A stretch of 64,000 bases of DNA from a bacterium (GCA_963662285.2 CAXXMV010000002.1:1472001-1536000), one strand, 5' to 3'. Counted from the stretch's first letter, positions 1-10,261 are shown. The notes: a model not told the origin generated them from the sequence alone. Made by a program: numbers and translations.

Positions 1-1233
1 CAGGGGAGTTTGAAAAGAATCTGGATGCTGCCTGGCATACATCCGGATTTTTCCCTCCAAGATGATATCCCGCAACGTCCCAGTCTTAACTTGCACGGGA
101 GGTAAAGACGCGTGTTCTTCTAAAACAACATAATTCGGTTTCCATAAACTCGGCGCAATTGTTAATCCGAAACCAATGATATTTCCCGCTACAGCAGCTA
201 TAATTGCAGTTGCCAGCGTAGTCGCTGTATAGCGCACAACAATTTTCTTTTCATGCATTTTCATGCTCATCAGGGTAGGTAATAAATATCCAAAACCAAA
301 ATAATCACTGACCTGATATTCAGGGAAATACCGCAAAATAACATACCCTAATCCCATTTTGTAGAAAAATGATACATTAAAAAAAAGCGCCAGTTTCCGG
401 GCGCCCTCTATGGAACTCTCTCTAAGAAATGGCGTCTTCAGAACCAGACTGGCCAGCAGATATATTATCCATGCTTCAACAAATGAGGTGAAGATTTTAC
501 TCAAATCATATAATTGCAAAGCCAATAGAGACGGTAATAAAATACCGTTAAAATCCCAACCGTAAAACATATTGAATCTGGAAGCCAGATAGGCCGCTGT
601 CAACAATATGATGTATGCCTTGGGCGAAGCTACCAGTGATTCAGAAATTCCTTCATACATAAATTGAAGATTGGCGATGCTGAAATTGGTATAAACCATC
701 AGTACATAGCGTACTAATAAGAATGAAATGCCCAGAATCACTCCAAATTGCAACAATCCCCGTTTTAGACCCGGCTTCCAGAATTGATTCGCCAGTAGAG
801 TTACCACGATTAAACCAAAACTGTGCAGATTGTTGCGGTAATCAAAATCTATGCTGAACGAATCGGACATTAAGGCGCCGACCGTCGGAAATATGACTGC
901 ATCGAATAACAACCGGGCTATAACGCCTGATAACAATAATCCAAAAAAACGGTCTCTACCGAAAAAATTCCCCCACAATCCCCACTTTGAGAGTACTTCG
1001 GACAAAAAATAAAATTGGATATAGGCATAGATCGCCACGATGATGATTGCCAAAGCGCTCCAGGGTTTAGCAATCAGAAGAGGAACAAGATATCCTGGAA
1101 CTACCAATCCGGAAAACGCCCACCCGAAACGAAGATTGAAAAATGAACAAACCAATACGCCAATCCATACCGTAGTAACGACGGAACTGTCTAAACTGCC
1201 CGCTGGAAATATGTTGAGAATGAATGACTCCAT
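1..1233 (-). CDS. CapC/PgsC-like (poly-gamma-glutamate biosynthesis C domain) multi-pass membrane protein, partial (runs off window start)
   Basis: Missing from the ORF track. Manual translation of the minus strand from ATG at 1233 gives MESFILNIFPAGSLDSSVVTTVWIG..GWAFSGLVVPGYLVP..FFGRDRF..FGLIVVTLLANQFWKPG..YGWDFNGILLPSLLAL..FGFGYLLPTL, open to base 1. It contains two CapC-like repeats (GLVVPGY, G-x-x-R-F motifs). Confidence 0.7.
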   Translation of the reverse strand, partial: MESFILNIFPAGSLDSSVVTTVWIGVLVCSFFNLRFGWAFSGLVVPGYLVPLLIAKPWSALAIIIVAIYAYIQFYFLSEVLSKWGLWGNFFGRDRFFGLLLSGVIARLLFDAVIFPTVGALMSDSFSIDFDYRNNLHSFGLIVVTLLANQFWKPGLKRGLLQFGVILGISFLLVRYVLMVYTNFSIANLQFMYEGISESLVASPKAYIILLTAAYLASRFNMFYGWDFNGILLPSLLALQLYDLSKIFTSFVEAWIIYLLASLVLKTPFLRESSIEGARKLALFFNVSFFYKMGLGYVILRYFPEYQVSDYFGFGYLLPTLMSMKMHEKKIVVRYTATTLATAIIAAVAGNIIGFGLTIAPSLWKPNYVVLEEHASLPPVQVKTGTLRDIILEGKIRMYARQHPDSFQTPL

Positions 1234-1340
1234 CGCGCTATATTGTAGAATCCTTTTCCATGGTCAATATAAAGATAAATTCTACCTTGCCATGTGTATT
1301 CAATTCAAAAAATCATACTGTTATCATTTATTGAATATTT

Positions 1341-4037
1341 TTATATGAAGCTTTCCAACGATACCTTGACGCGCGTCCCTACGCCCACGTCGCTGCTCAC
1401 CGCCATTCGGCCTCCCCAAAATTCCACCCAACTTAACGCTTCACGCATATTTTTGTTTTTTTCCGAATGAGAGGCGCTATCCTCTTTCATGTACTCTTGA
1501 ATCTGTTCATTGGGAATCCCGTAACCGGAATTTGAAAAGAGAAAATGTATTTCACGATCATCTTCATCAACCTGTATAATTATCTCGCTATCATCCGATG
1601 CATCATCAAGCAACATTTCCAGAATGATCTCGAAAAAAGGCTGCAAGTGTCTCTGTGAGGCGTATACAAAATTCATAACCATCGGCTTTTCCACGTTAAA
1701 ACGAATCTTCCGCTGATCGATTTTTGCCTGGAAATCCGCCAGGGCGGCATCCAACACCGGCAAAGCGTTAACTGGAAATCGGTTGATCTCCCCATAATCC
1801 AATTCCGTTTCCAGATATTTTTCACTGGTTTGCAGCAATCGAACAACATCATCTATTCGAGTCTGGATGTTTAACATCATTTTTGCTCTGTCTACTGGAG
1901 TGCTGTCACTATCACACATCATCTGAGCCGTAATTTGGATGGCGCTCAAAGAGTTGCGTAATTTGTTGCCCAACTCCATAGAAAGCAAACCTTTCAACTG
2001 GAAATAGTTATCTTGATCAGTCGTGTCTATCAACTCCATTAATATTCCCCAAAGACCGAATATGGCTACATCCGGTGATAAAACATTGGAGTCGCTCTCT
2101 AAAGGACGAAGTATCAAACGGTAGTTGCGCTTGTTGGGCGCATTGATAGTAAATGATATCTGCTGCCGGTCCAACACAACATTACGAAACATTTTACGTG
2201 TTTGCAGTAAATCAAACTGGCTGATTTCAGCGATAATATCCAAGGCGGATAACTTAAAGGAAGTTATCTTGGCGCTGGTCAGAATTTCCTGCATCGAATT
2301 ATTGACCATATACACCCGGCCAAAAAGATCAAATATTACAAATGCTCCCTGTAACTGATTATGCAGTTTATAAAGTTTCACTGACCGGTCATGCAGGAAG
2401 GAAGTTAACTGCCTGACCCCCTCAAGCGTAGTCTGAAAATGCTCATAAGTTATTAAGCGTGATAATAAGGAAGGTCGTGCATTTAAATCTTTCACAATAT
2501 TATAATCATACAATAAACGCCCTATCTGCTCTCCATAAGCCGCCAGGATATTCTCGAAATCCTTTATATCTCCGGTTTTATCTTTTGCTACGCTCAATGC
2601 CCCGAACCCATAAACCTCTCCTCCGAAAATCAAGGGAAATATGTATTGCAATTCATCAGGCTTTGGATTCCTCAGGTAGTTCTCTAACCTTATGGGGCCT
2701 TTTTCTTGAATGGCCGTGTTGTAGGGTTCGCGGCGAATATCTCTTCTGAGTTCTTTAATATCTTCCAGTCCACATTGAAAGGATATGATCTCCTTTAAAT
2801 GAAAAGCATTCTTCCGGCGATCCAGAAGAATTACCCGGTCCAGATTCAGCATATTATTGATAATCCCCAGAATTTGAGACCAGTATTCTGGAGATGTATA
2901 AAAATTCTCAGGTTCAAAAAACTGCTGGGTTCGGGCGGAAAGCGAAACAGTTATAGTTTCCAGCGCTTGCCCGATGATCTGTAACTTCCGGTTTTTAATC
3001 ATTATCAAGAGCAGCAACTGGGCTAGGATGAATTCATTCACCGCACACCAGTAATGAAATATATGAAGCAGCGCAAACCCCATCAATGTATACGCAGCCA
3101 TCATGCAAACCGTAAACAGAATTATCAAATTGGCGCCCGACATTTGATAGACAAAGGAACAAATACATATCACAATAATCAAAACAATATAGTGTATCCA
3201 AGGATTGATTTCAAATATCGGATGGTTGCTCAGCAGACTGTTCAACGCATGACCTTGATATTCCACCAGCGGCATTTTGGGGCTGTTTACAGTGGTTGGC
3301 GTTGGATACTCAAATTCCACTCCTTCACTTTGGGCGCTGATCAATACTATCCGGTTCGCAACCATCTCATTAATTAATTGATCGCTGATTACCTGGTCAA
3401 ACGAAACATTTGGCAGGCTGCCAGACGGCCCGTGGAAATAGATGCGATAAGAATCTTCTTTCATTACCCGGCTTGTCATCGGCAGGTTAGAATCAAGACA
3501 AGCAATCTCTAAAGCGGGATATATATTCCCATCCACTGAAAAATGAGAATATTGCCTCCGGAAAACGCCTTTCTCCCACGGTGGAATGTGGACAATGCCG
3601 AATGGAAAATTGTTGGCAGAATCAGGAACCGTCTCCAGACTGAATCTCTGCTGATCATTCACATCAGCAATCAGGCGTCGACCAAATATAATATTGTCGA
3701 ATGTCCCCGCTTTGCTGAAAAACAGATCATCCTTAAATTGGGGAGTAAAATTGAAAACAATGCCTTCCGGTTCAAATATCTCTAACTTTTCCAGCAATAG
3801 AACATAATCATCTGCTGCCCGTTTTCCGGGATTATCATCATAAACTATTAACACATGGGATGGTTGGTCGCGTAATGAGACGCTGAAACCCAGAATCGGA
3901 TCGTAGATATATTCATCCAACAACGAAGATATCCCGATAAACGATAGAATCAAAACGCTTAAAACAGCAATTAGCCCCAGAATCAAGCCTGAGTATTTCC
4001 ACTTCGGTAATTTCGAAAAGATGGTTTGGGTGTCCAT
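1341..4037 (-). CDS. CHASE2-domain membrane sensor with GAF/PAS-like region and degenerate histidine-kinase-like C-terminus
   Basis: N-terminal TM, CHASE2-like periplasmic region followed by 3 TMs, HATPase-like end (SNSGYGIP, WGGRMAVSSDVGVGTRV). Start taken as ATG 4037 (MDTQTIF); the track ORF extends to 4106. Confidence 0.75.
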   Translation of the reverse strand: MDTQTIFSKLPKWKYSGLILGLIAVLSVLILSFIGISSLLDEYIYDPILGFSVSLRDQPSHVLIVYDDNPGKRAADDYVLLLEKLEIFEPEGIVFNFTPQFKDDLFFSKAGTFDNIIFGRRLIADVNDQQRFSLETVPDSANNFPFGIVHIPPWEKGVFRRQYSHFSVDGNIYPALEIACLDSNLPMTSRVMKEDSYRIYFHGPSGSLPNVSFDQVISDQLINEMVANRIVLISAQSEGVEFEYPTPTTVNSPKMPLVEYQGHALNSLLSNHPIFEINPWIHYIVLIIVICICSFVYQMSGANLIILFTVCMMAAYTLMGFALLHIFHYWCAVNEFILAQLLLLIMIKNRKLQIIGQALETITVSLSARTQQFFEPENFYTSPEYWSQILGIINNMLNLDRVILLDRRKNAFHLKEIISFQCGLEDIKELRRDIRREPYNTAIQEKGPIRLENYLRNPKPDELQYIFPLIFGGEVYGFGALSVAKDKTGDIKDFENILAAYGEQIGRLLYDYNIVKDLNARPSLLSRLITYEHFQTTLEGVRQLTSFLHDRSVKLYKLHNQLQGAFVIFDLFGRVYMVNNSMQEILTSAKITSFKLSALDIIAEISQFDLLQTRKMFRNVVLDRQQISFTINAPNKRNYRLILRPLESDSNVLSPDVAIFGLWGILMELIDTTDQDNYFQLKGLLSMELGNKLRNSLSAIQITAQMMCDSDSTPVDRAKMMLNIQTRIDDVVRLLQTSEKYLETELDYGEINRFPVNALPVLDAALADFQAKIDQRKIRFNVEKPMVMNFVYASQRHLQPFFEIILEMLLDDASDDSEIIIQVDEDDREIHFLFSNSGYGIPNEQIQEYMKEDSASHSEKNKNMREALSWVEFWGGRMAVSSDVGVGTRVKVSLESFI

Positions 4038-4330
4038 TGAGATAAAGACTCGCCTCTGAGCATTATTTTGTGGAAAATTCCTTATAATACATCTTATCAA
4101 GTACACACTGAAACAACTAGAGCGTTTTTCAAAATCATGTTTGTTTATAAACGTGAGTCAGAACGTTATTATGAAAAACACTCTAAAGAATCAATCATTC
4201 AAAGCATGCACGGTCGACAAGAAGTCCTTGACATAATGGATGCTGCAACGAGAATCTTTGTTAAGAAAAAAGAATGCAGGCATAATTATCCTATTTAATG
4301 GATAACGCCGATTTATAGGAGATACCAAAT

Positions 4331-5023
4331 ATGAAACAAATGCTTAGTCTTATGATTGCTATCTGCATGTTGGCATTGGGAGGCGTCACCGGGAATTCAG
4401 AAACAATAGCGGCGGTGGACAGTGAATCCGGATCGGCCGTGTCAAAGGATGTTAAAGCCATTACCCTGTTTAACGGGAAGGACCTCCAAGGCTGGCACAT
4501 GTTTGTCAAGGATGCAGATGTCGATCCCAAGGATGTTTGGCAGGTTAAGGACGGCGCAATTTGGTGTAAAGGAGATCCCTTCGGCTTTTTACGCACAACG
4601 AAAATGTACAGTAATTTCAAACTGGTCGTTGAATGGAAATGGCCTGAGACGCCCAGCAATAGCGGCATCCTTTTGAGAATGAGTAACGACGATAAAATCT
4701 GGCCTCTATGCATGGAAGCGCAACTCAAGTACCAAAATGCCGGCGATGTTGTGGGAATGGGGTGCGACTTCAATGAAAACACAAGCGCCAAGGGCGAGTT
4801 TTTCCGCTACGCCAAGCGCCAAAATGACTCCAACGAGACCAAACCCGGCCAATGGAACAAGTACGAGATCGTCTGCAAAGGCGATACTATTGAACTAACC
4901 GTTAATGGCAAATTCCAAAACAAGGCGACTGGAATAGGCATTCTCAAGGGTTACGTCGGTCTTCAGAGTGAAGGCTCCCCCATCATGTTTAGAAACATCA
5001 AACTGACGCCTCTTCCCGAATAA
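4331..5023 (+). CDS. DUF1080 / 3-keto-disaccharide hydrolase family secreted protein
   Basis: Signal peptide; LFNGKDLxGW, NSGI, GQWNxYEI, GYVGLQSEG, FRNIKL motifs; AGGAG RBS. Confidence 0.9.
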   Translation: MKQMLSLMIAICMLALGGVTGNSETIAAVDSESGSAVSKDVKAITLFNGKDLQGWHMFVKDADVDPKDVWQVKDGAIWCKGDPFGFLRTTKMYSNFKLVVEWKWPETPSNSGILLRMSNDDKIWPLCMEAQLKYQNAGDVVGMGCDFNENTSAKGEFFRYAKRQNDSNETKPGQWNKYEIVCKGDTIELTVNGKFQNKATGIGILKGYVGLQSEGSPIMFRNIKLTPLPE

Positions 5024-5061
5024 TTTGACTGGTATAATGATATTTTACACCATGAGGTTCA

Positions 5062-5092
5062 GGCGGTTATTGGAACGAATCCAATAACCGCC
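5062..5092 (+). terminator. Hairpin, probable terminator
   Basis: GGCGGTTATTGGA-acgaa-TCCAATAACCGCC, 13-bp stem downstream of the DUF1080 gene; T tract weak. Confidence 0.5.
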
Positions 5093-5168
5093 GCCTTTGA
5101 TTCTACTTGGCTTATAAAATTCCTACCATTGCATTCCCGCACAGCCGTTTCGACAGTTCCCATTCCAT

Positions 5169-5248
5169 TACTCTGACTAACTAATACTCTGACTAACTAA
5201 TACTCTGACTAACTAATACTCTGACTAACTAATACTCTGACTAACTAA
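5169..5248. repeat. Perfect 16-bp tandem repeat x5 (TACTCTGACTAACTAA)
   Basis: Units start at 5169, 5185, 5201, 5217, 5233. Confidence 0.95.
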
Positions 5249-5271
5249 TTATGTCGGGCGGCCTCGTCCCC

Positions 5272-6011
5272 CAATGTCATTAAATTAACCGTGTTGTCCC
5301 CTCTCCCGCCGGGAGAGTATGGGTGCCAAGGGCAAGAGCGCATTGCGCTCAGCCCTTGATCAAACCACCTACGATAGGTAGAAATTCCTTAACTTAATGA
5401 AATTGTCATCATAGAATAGGGAACATCATAGAATGGGGAGCATCGGCTTCTAGCCGGTGTGTCAAATAGAATAGAATGAGCACCATGACGCATAATCATT
5501 TCCATGAAGATAGGGGGATGATGGGTGCCAAGGGCAAGAGCGCAATGCGCTCAGCCCTTGATCAAACCACCTACGATAGGTAGAAATTCCTTAACTTAAT
5601 GAAATTGTCATCATAGAATGGGGAGCATCATAGAATGGGGAGCATCGGCTTCTAGCCGGTGTGTCAAATAGAATAGAATGAGCACCATGACGCATAATCA
5701 TTTCCATGAAGATAGGGGGATGATGGGTGCCAAGGGCAAGAGCGCAATGCGCTCAGCCCTTGATCAAACCACCTACGATAGGTAGAAATTCCTTAACTTA
5801 ATGAAATTGTCATCATAGAATGGGGAGCATCATAGAATGGGGAGCATCGGCTTCTAGCCGGTGTGTCAAATAGAATAGAATGAGCACCATGACGCATAAT
5901 CATTTCCATGAAGATAGGGGGATGATGGGTGCCAAGGGCAAGAGCGCATTGCGCTCAGCCCTTGATCAAACCACCTACGATAGGTTGAATTTCCTTAACT
6001 TAATGACATTG
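5272..6011. mobile_element. IS4-like non-autonomous element (MITE) carrying a REP tandem array
   Basis: 17-bp terminal inverted repeats CAATGTCATTAAATTAA / TTAACTTAATGACATTG (1 mismatch), flanked by a 10-bp direct repeat CCTCGTCCCC (5262-5271) / CCTCGTCTCC (6012-6021). Confidence 0.6.
5321..6011. repeat. 202-bp tandem repeat (3 full units plus a partial fourth) built on a REP-like hairpin
   Basis: GGGTGCCAAGGGCAAGAGCGCAwTGCGCTCAGCCCTTGA at 5321, 5523, 5725, 5927 with near-identical intervening sequence. Confidence 0.95.
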
Positions 6012-6216
6012 CCTCGTCTCCTCTCCGCCGGGAGAGGGCTAGCGTGAGGTGAATTACAGAAAACCACCTGACAAAAGAAACTGGTCGTACTACCCAGTAT
6101 AATTTACTTAGCCAGAGCGTGATATAATACGATTTGGTTCTATGCAGGCTATTGCTTTGCATAACAGTCGATATCTGGTTACGCTATATCTATCTGTTTT
6201 GAAAGAGGATATGAGG

Positions 6217-6894
6217 ATGGGAAGAACAAAATATCAGCTGGTAATTGTTATTTTATCAACGTTGATTATATTTTCAGGCTGCCAAACAGCCCAATTCATG
6301 GCGCAACCCGCCAACGGCGTTACCGTCATGCCTGATGGACGAATGGCCTCGCTCAGTTTAGAAGGTCTGGCTATCAGTGTTTATAATACCAAAACTCCCT
6401 ACGGTTTGGGAGATGATATCACTACTTTTCATACAACGCTTATCAATCAAACCGATCAGCCAATCGAGTTTATTCCCAGACAATATCTTCTCTTTGATCA
6501 GAACAACCGGCAGCATCTTGCCTTAACCAAACCCGATCTATCCGAAGCGGCGGGCATGAGAGCAAGACCACATGGTTCAATGGCATGGGGATTCGGCGGC
6601 GGCGCCTTCCACAGCCGGTCTTTCTATCACGTTCACTACTATGCAAATCCCTATTGGAATTATGATCCCTGGCGTTATAGAAGCGCATACCAGGGTTTGC
6701 TGGCCAACGCGCTGCCTATTCATCCAATCACTATTTATCCACATGCAATGATTGATGGCAATATATATTTCGCAGTATCTCCAAAATCATTACGTAATGT
6801 TCGCCTTAACATCGTGCGCTTCTCCAGTCGCCCCAGTCGGGATACGACTACACGAACTATTCCGTATTCGATTGAGTTTGAAATAATAAAATAG
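6217..6894 (+). CDS. Putative lipoprotein
   Basis: Lipobox IFSGC after a hydrophobic stretch; GAGG RBS before ATG 6217 (track ORF starts 6142). Confidence 0.7.
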   Translation: MGRTKYQLVIVILSTLIIFSGCQTAQFMAQPANGVTVMPDGRMASLSLEGLAISVYNTKTPYGLGDDITTFHTTLINQTDQPIEFIPRQYLLFDQNNRQHLALTKPDLSEAAGMRARPHGSMAWGFGGGAFHSRSFYHVHYYANPYWNYDPWRYRSAYQGLLANALPIHPITIYPHAMIDGNIYFAVSPKSLRNVRLNIVRFSSRPSRDTTTRTIPYSIEFEIIK

Positions 6895-6962
6895 AGTGAT
6901 TAATTTTTTAATATAAGAATTGGAAAAATTATAAGGCTATGTAGATAATTAGGAGAACCATC

Positions 6963-7940
6963 ATGAAGCGGGTAATCGTTCTAATACTAATCACAGCCGG
7001 TTTTGTCCTATCATTAATCCCGAATACGGCTGACGCAAGAACTCACTATAGATATAACTCAAGATATAATTCGAGAATTTATTCCAATTATTATCATAGA
7101 AATTCTCCGGTATTCGGTATGCGCTCGCCATACGTTCGTACGCGTCGTCCTCTGAATGTTCCAGTAACAACTCCACGTTACTCATATAGACCAACAAGAC
7201 AAATCATCTATATGGGACCACAACCAATGCCATTTTATAATCCCTGGGATGTAATGGTTCAACCAGTTTATCAATCTGCTTATCAACCAATCTATACCAG
7301 TATGATCTCTCCTTATCCCCAATCGAGTATTCGCCTGATCCAACCAATGCCGCCGACTATAATCGAACGCGAAAGAATCATCGTCGACCAGCAACCCGCA
7401 ACCAGGTCTGTGGCGCCAGCTTCTTCCATCACGGATGATAATGCTTATACGCCATCCATCTCCACCGATAACGCAACGGATATTTCCGAACAATTGGCAA
7501 TTGCTCAACAACTATTCAGAGAACGAAAATACAAGGAAGCCGCACAAGCATTCCACAACGTTTCCGGTCTAAAGCCCGGTGACGCCGAGGTTAAAATGGG
7601 ACAATCTCTCTCATTATTGGCAGTGGGAGATTACCAGGGCAGCGGCGCCTCATTACGTCAGGCGCTTTCACTCAATCCTGTATGGTTCGAAAAGCCGATT
7701 GACCCCACCGAATATTATGGAGAGAACAAAGATATCCAAGCTCATCTCATCACAATCAATAGATTTGTTGATAAAAATCCCAATCACGTGGAAGCGAAAC
7801 TGACGCTGGCCTATGTCTGTTATATATGTGGAAACTTAAATGATGCAGCGGAACATCTGGCTGACATACTGGATATGAACCCTGGCGATATAGAAACGAT
7901 GTCTCTTCTAGGAAATCTTGCCGCCAAACAATCAAAGTGA
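6963..7940 (+). CDS. Secreted TPR-domain protein with Tyr/Arg/Pro-rich N-terminal region
   Basis: Signal peptide (ADA), low-complexity YRYNSRYNSR/PVYQ region, C-terminal TPR helices; AGGAG RBS. Confidence 0.75.
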   Translation: MKRVIVLILITAGFVLSLIPNTADARTHYRYNSRYNSRIYSNYYHRNSPVFGMRSPYVRTRRPLNVPVTTPRYSYRPTRQIIYMGPQPMPFYNPWDVMVQPVYQSAYQPIYTSMISPYPQSSIRLIQPMPPTIIERERIIVDQQPATRSVAPASSITDDNAYTPSISTDNATDISEQLAIAQQLFRERKYKEAAQAFHNVSGLKPGDAEVKMGQSLSLLAVGDYQGSGASLRQALSLNPVWFEKPIDPTEYYGENKDIQAHLITINRFVDKNPNHVEAKLTLAYVCYICGNLNDAAEHLADILDMNPGDIETMSLLGNLAAKQSK

Positions 7941-8101
7941 AACAACAAAACTGTCTAGTACCGTCCAACGCATAATGTCGTGCAACCAAGTTCCTCCGCG
8001 AGATGGCTAAGGGCGTAATGTTTTTAGGGAACAGGGATTTTGGAGATATAACCAGTTATATCGTTTTGGCTGAGTAATACCAAATACTGTGGTCTAACAT
8101 T

Positions 8102-8258
8102 CCTCTCCCAATCTTGGGAGAGGTTAGGAGAGGGTTGATAACGACCACCCATGTAAAGAAATATCCAACGACTGGGTGGCAAGGGCAAGACCGCATTGCG
8201 GTCAGCCCTTGATCAAACCACCTATGATAGGGTGCAATTCCTTAACTTAATGACATTG
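8102..8258. repeat. Intergenic REP mosaic
   Basis: CCTCTCCC..GGGAGAGG palindrome, REP hairpin at 8174 and a solo TTAACTTAATGACATTG end, between convergent genes. Confidence 0.8.
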
Positions 8259-8320
8259 GACTAGGGCGAGGAGGCAATTAAAAACACAAAACGGCTAAAC
8301 AAGTGAGACGCACTTCACAC

Positions 8321-9286
8321 CTATTCTTTTGAATCAAGGGAAGGATCAAAACATGTAACGCAATTACGTCCATTCTCTTTTGATTGATACAAAGCCAGAT
8401 CTGCTTCCGCGATCATCTCCTCATATTTATTCATATCTTGACGAAAGAAGGATACTCCGGTGCTAAGCGTCATTCGAATTTTCTGATCTTCATACTTAAA
8501 AATATATTCAGAAACAGTTTGCCTGATTCTCTCTGCTACTGCGACAGCGCCTTGCTGGTCAGTGTGAGGAAGAATGACGGCAAATTCTTCTCCTCCATAT
8601 CTTCCAGCAATATCAATCTCTCTGATTTCTCTCATAATGATTCTAGCCGTGAGACGTAACATTTCATCACCGGCCATGTGTCCGTAAGTATCGTTGACCT
8701 TCTTAAAAAAATCTAAATCTAACAGAAAATATGAAAGGTCTTCTTTATATCGTTTGGCTCGTTTCCATTCTTCAATCAAACATCTTTCAAAATGTCCTCT
8801 ATTAAAAATACCCGTCAGACCATCAATTCGGCTTAGTGATTTTAGCGAAGACATTGCTTCGATCAATTTACTTTCATAAATAAAATGATCCGTCATATCA
8901 GATACAGTGATGCAAACTTTCTCCACTTTTCCAGTTTGATTTTTAATCGGTTGAAATACGCAATCCTGCCGCATATGATCGATATGTCCCGTTAATGGTC
9001 GGTTATGACGAAAATTGAAAACATAAGGCCTCTGTTTCCAGGAAGAAAAACTATTGTTCTCGAAAAGGAAGACGCCTTCGATCTTCTTCTTCATCCATGC
9101 GACTGGCAATTCGGGAAAACAATCAAATAGATTCTTGCCTAAAACTTCAGATGCTTTTCGCCCGCTATATATCTCCATGAAAACATTCCACAGGATAATA
9201 TTCATTTCAGAATCAATAACCAAAACTCCGACATTGATTCGTTCAACAATGCTATTGAGCAAAGAGAGTTTATCTTTAGGCATCAT
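8321..9286 (-). CDS. PAS-domain diguanylate cyclase
   Basis: PAS N-terminus; DGLTGIFNR, DLDFFKKVND, RYGGEEF active site; REID I-site. Confidence 0.93.
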   Translation of the reverse strand: MMPKDKLSLLNSIVERINVGVLVIDSEMNIILWNVFMEIYSGRKASEVLGKNLFDCFPELPVAWMKKKIEGVFLFENNSFSSWKQRPYVFNFRHNRPLTGHIDHMRQDCVFQPIKNQTGKVEKVCITVSDMTDHFIYESKLIEAMSSLKSLSRIDGLTGIFNRGHFERCLIEEWKRAKRYKEDLSYFLLDLDFFKKVNDTYGHMAGDEMLRLTARIIMREIREIDIAGRYGGEEFAVILPHTDQQGAVAVAERIRQTVSEYIFKYEDQKIRMTLSTGVSFFRQDMNKYEEMIAEADLALYQSKENGRNCVTCFDPSLDSKE

Positions 9287-9296
9287 ATAATAAGAT

Positions 9297-9899
9297 TCAC
9301 CCGAGCAAACGATCTATAGATTTCTTAATTAATTCTATAGATTGAGAAGGGACAAAGTATAGAAGATAGAAGGATGAAGTACGATCTTCAAATCGAAAAA
9401 TGATTCTTACCAGCAACGCGTAATCCCACGCGAAATTAAATCCGTCAAAAACTTCTTCAATCAATGTATCTTTACACAAAATATCGGGAGGAGAGAAACT
9501 TATCTCTGTTTCCAATTGATGCGCCACGCCTTTAAGACATGCACCCGCCAGGATATTACTTACATCCAATATAATATCATCGTTCACATCTACTGTTGAG
9601 CAATCATTTCCTAAAAGGGTTGCCAAATCACCATCATTGCTATGAAACACGGATAGACTTTCACCTTGAATATGATTGAAAAACGATTGACGAACTACAC
9701 TGACTCTTGATTCATGCCCTATCAATCCGTTTAATAAACCAACCAGCTGATCAGATTTGATTATTATTATTTCCGGAACGGATAATTCAACAAACAAATC
9801 GAAATAGCGGGCCAGAGAATCGCCAGCTTGTCCTATGGCAATATTGAAAACTTCTTGCAAGGCGTCCTTTTGATCAGCAGAGAAATAATTATTGTTCAT
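9297..9899 (-). CDS. CheC-like phosphatase
   Basis: DALQEVFNIAIG and LDVSNILAG (E/D-x-x-N) motifs, LSVP and FSPP. Confidence 0.85.
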   Translation of the reverse strand: MNNNYFSADQKDALQEVFNIAIGQAGDSLARYFDLFVELSVPEIIIIKSDQLVGLLNGLIGHESRVSVVRQSFFNHIQGESLSVFHSNDGDLATLLGNDCSTVDVNDDIILDVSNILAGACLKGVAHQLETEISFSPPDILCKDTLIEEVFDGFNFAWDYALLVRIIFRFEDRTSSFYLLYFVPSQSIELIKKSIDRLLG

Positions 9900-10261
9900 T
9901 GCGCAATCCTATCTTTGATAACCGATTTAATCTTATCCGCATTAATCGGCTTTCCTACGAATAAATTTGCGCCTAGTTCTATTACTCTTTCTCTAGCTTT
10001 GGGTTGTATATCCGCTGAAACAATTACTATATATGTTGAGAAGCCATCTTCTTTTAAGGCCTTCAGGAGTTGAAAACCATCCATCTCCGGCATAGTTAAA
10101 TCTAAAAACATTATGTCTACTTGATTATTACGAATAAATTCCAAAGCTTCTTTACCATTGCACGCTTCTGAAATAGCAAACTCAATATCGTCTGGTAAAG
10201 CATCCTTTAAAAATTTTCGCGCCAATCTGGAATCGTCTACAATCAAAATAGAAAATGACAT
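9896..10261 (-). CDS. Stand-alone response regulator receiver (CheY-like)
   Basis: ILIVDD, LDLTMPEMDG, VSAD, KP; overlaps the CheC-like gene by 4 nt. Confidence 0.92.
   Translation of the reverse strand: MSFSILIVDDSRLARKFLKDALPDDIEFAISEACNGKEALEFIRNNQVDIMFLDLTMPEMDGFQLLKALKEDGFSTYIVIVSADIQPKARERVIELGANLFVGKPINADKIKSVIKDRIAQ

Noticed and set aside
1040-1348. 102-aa + strand ORF
   Set aside because: Antisense shadow of the minus-strand CapC-like gene
5321-6011. CRISPR array (regularly spaced palindromic repeats)
   Set aside because: The intervening sequences are identical and about 160 bp long, and no cas genes are present; this is a tandem repeat
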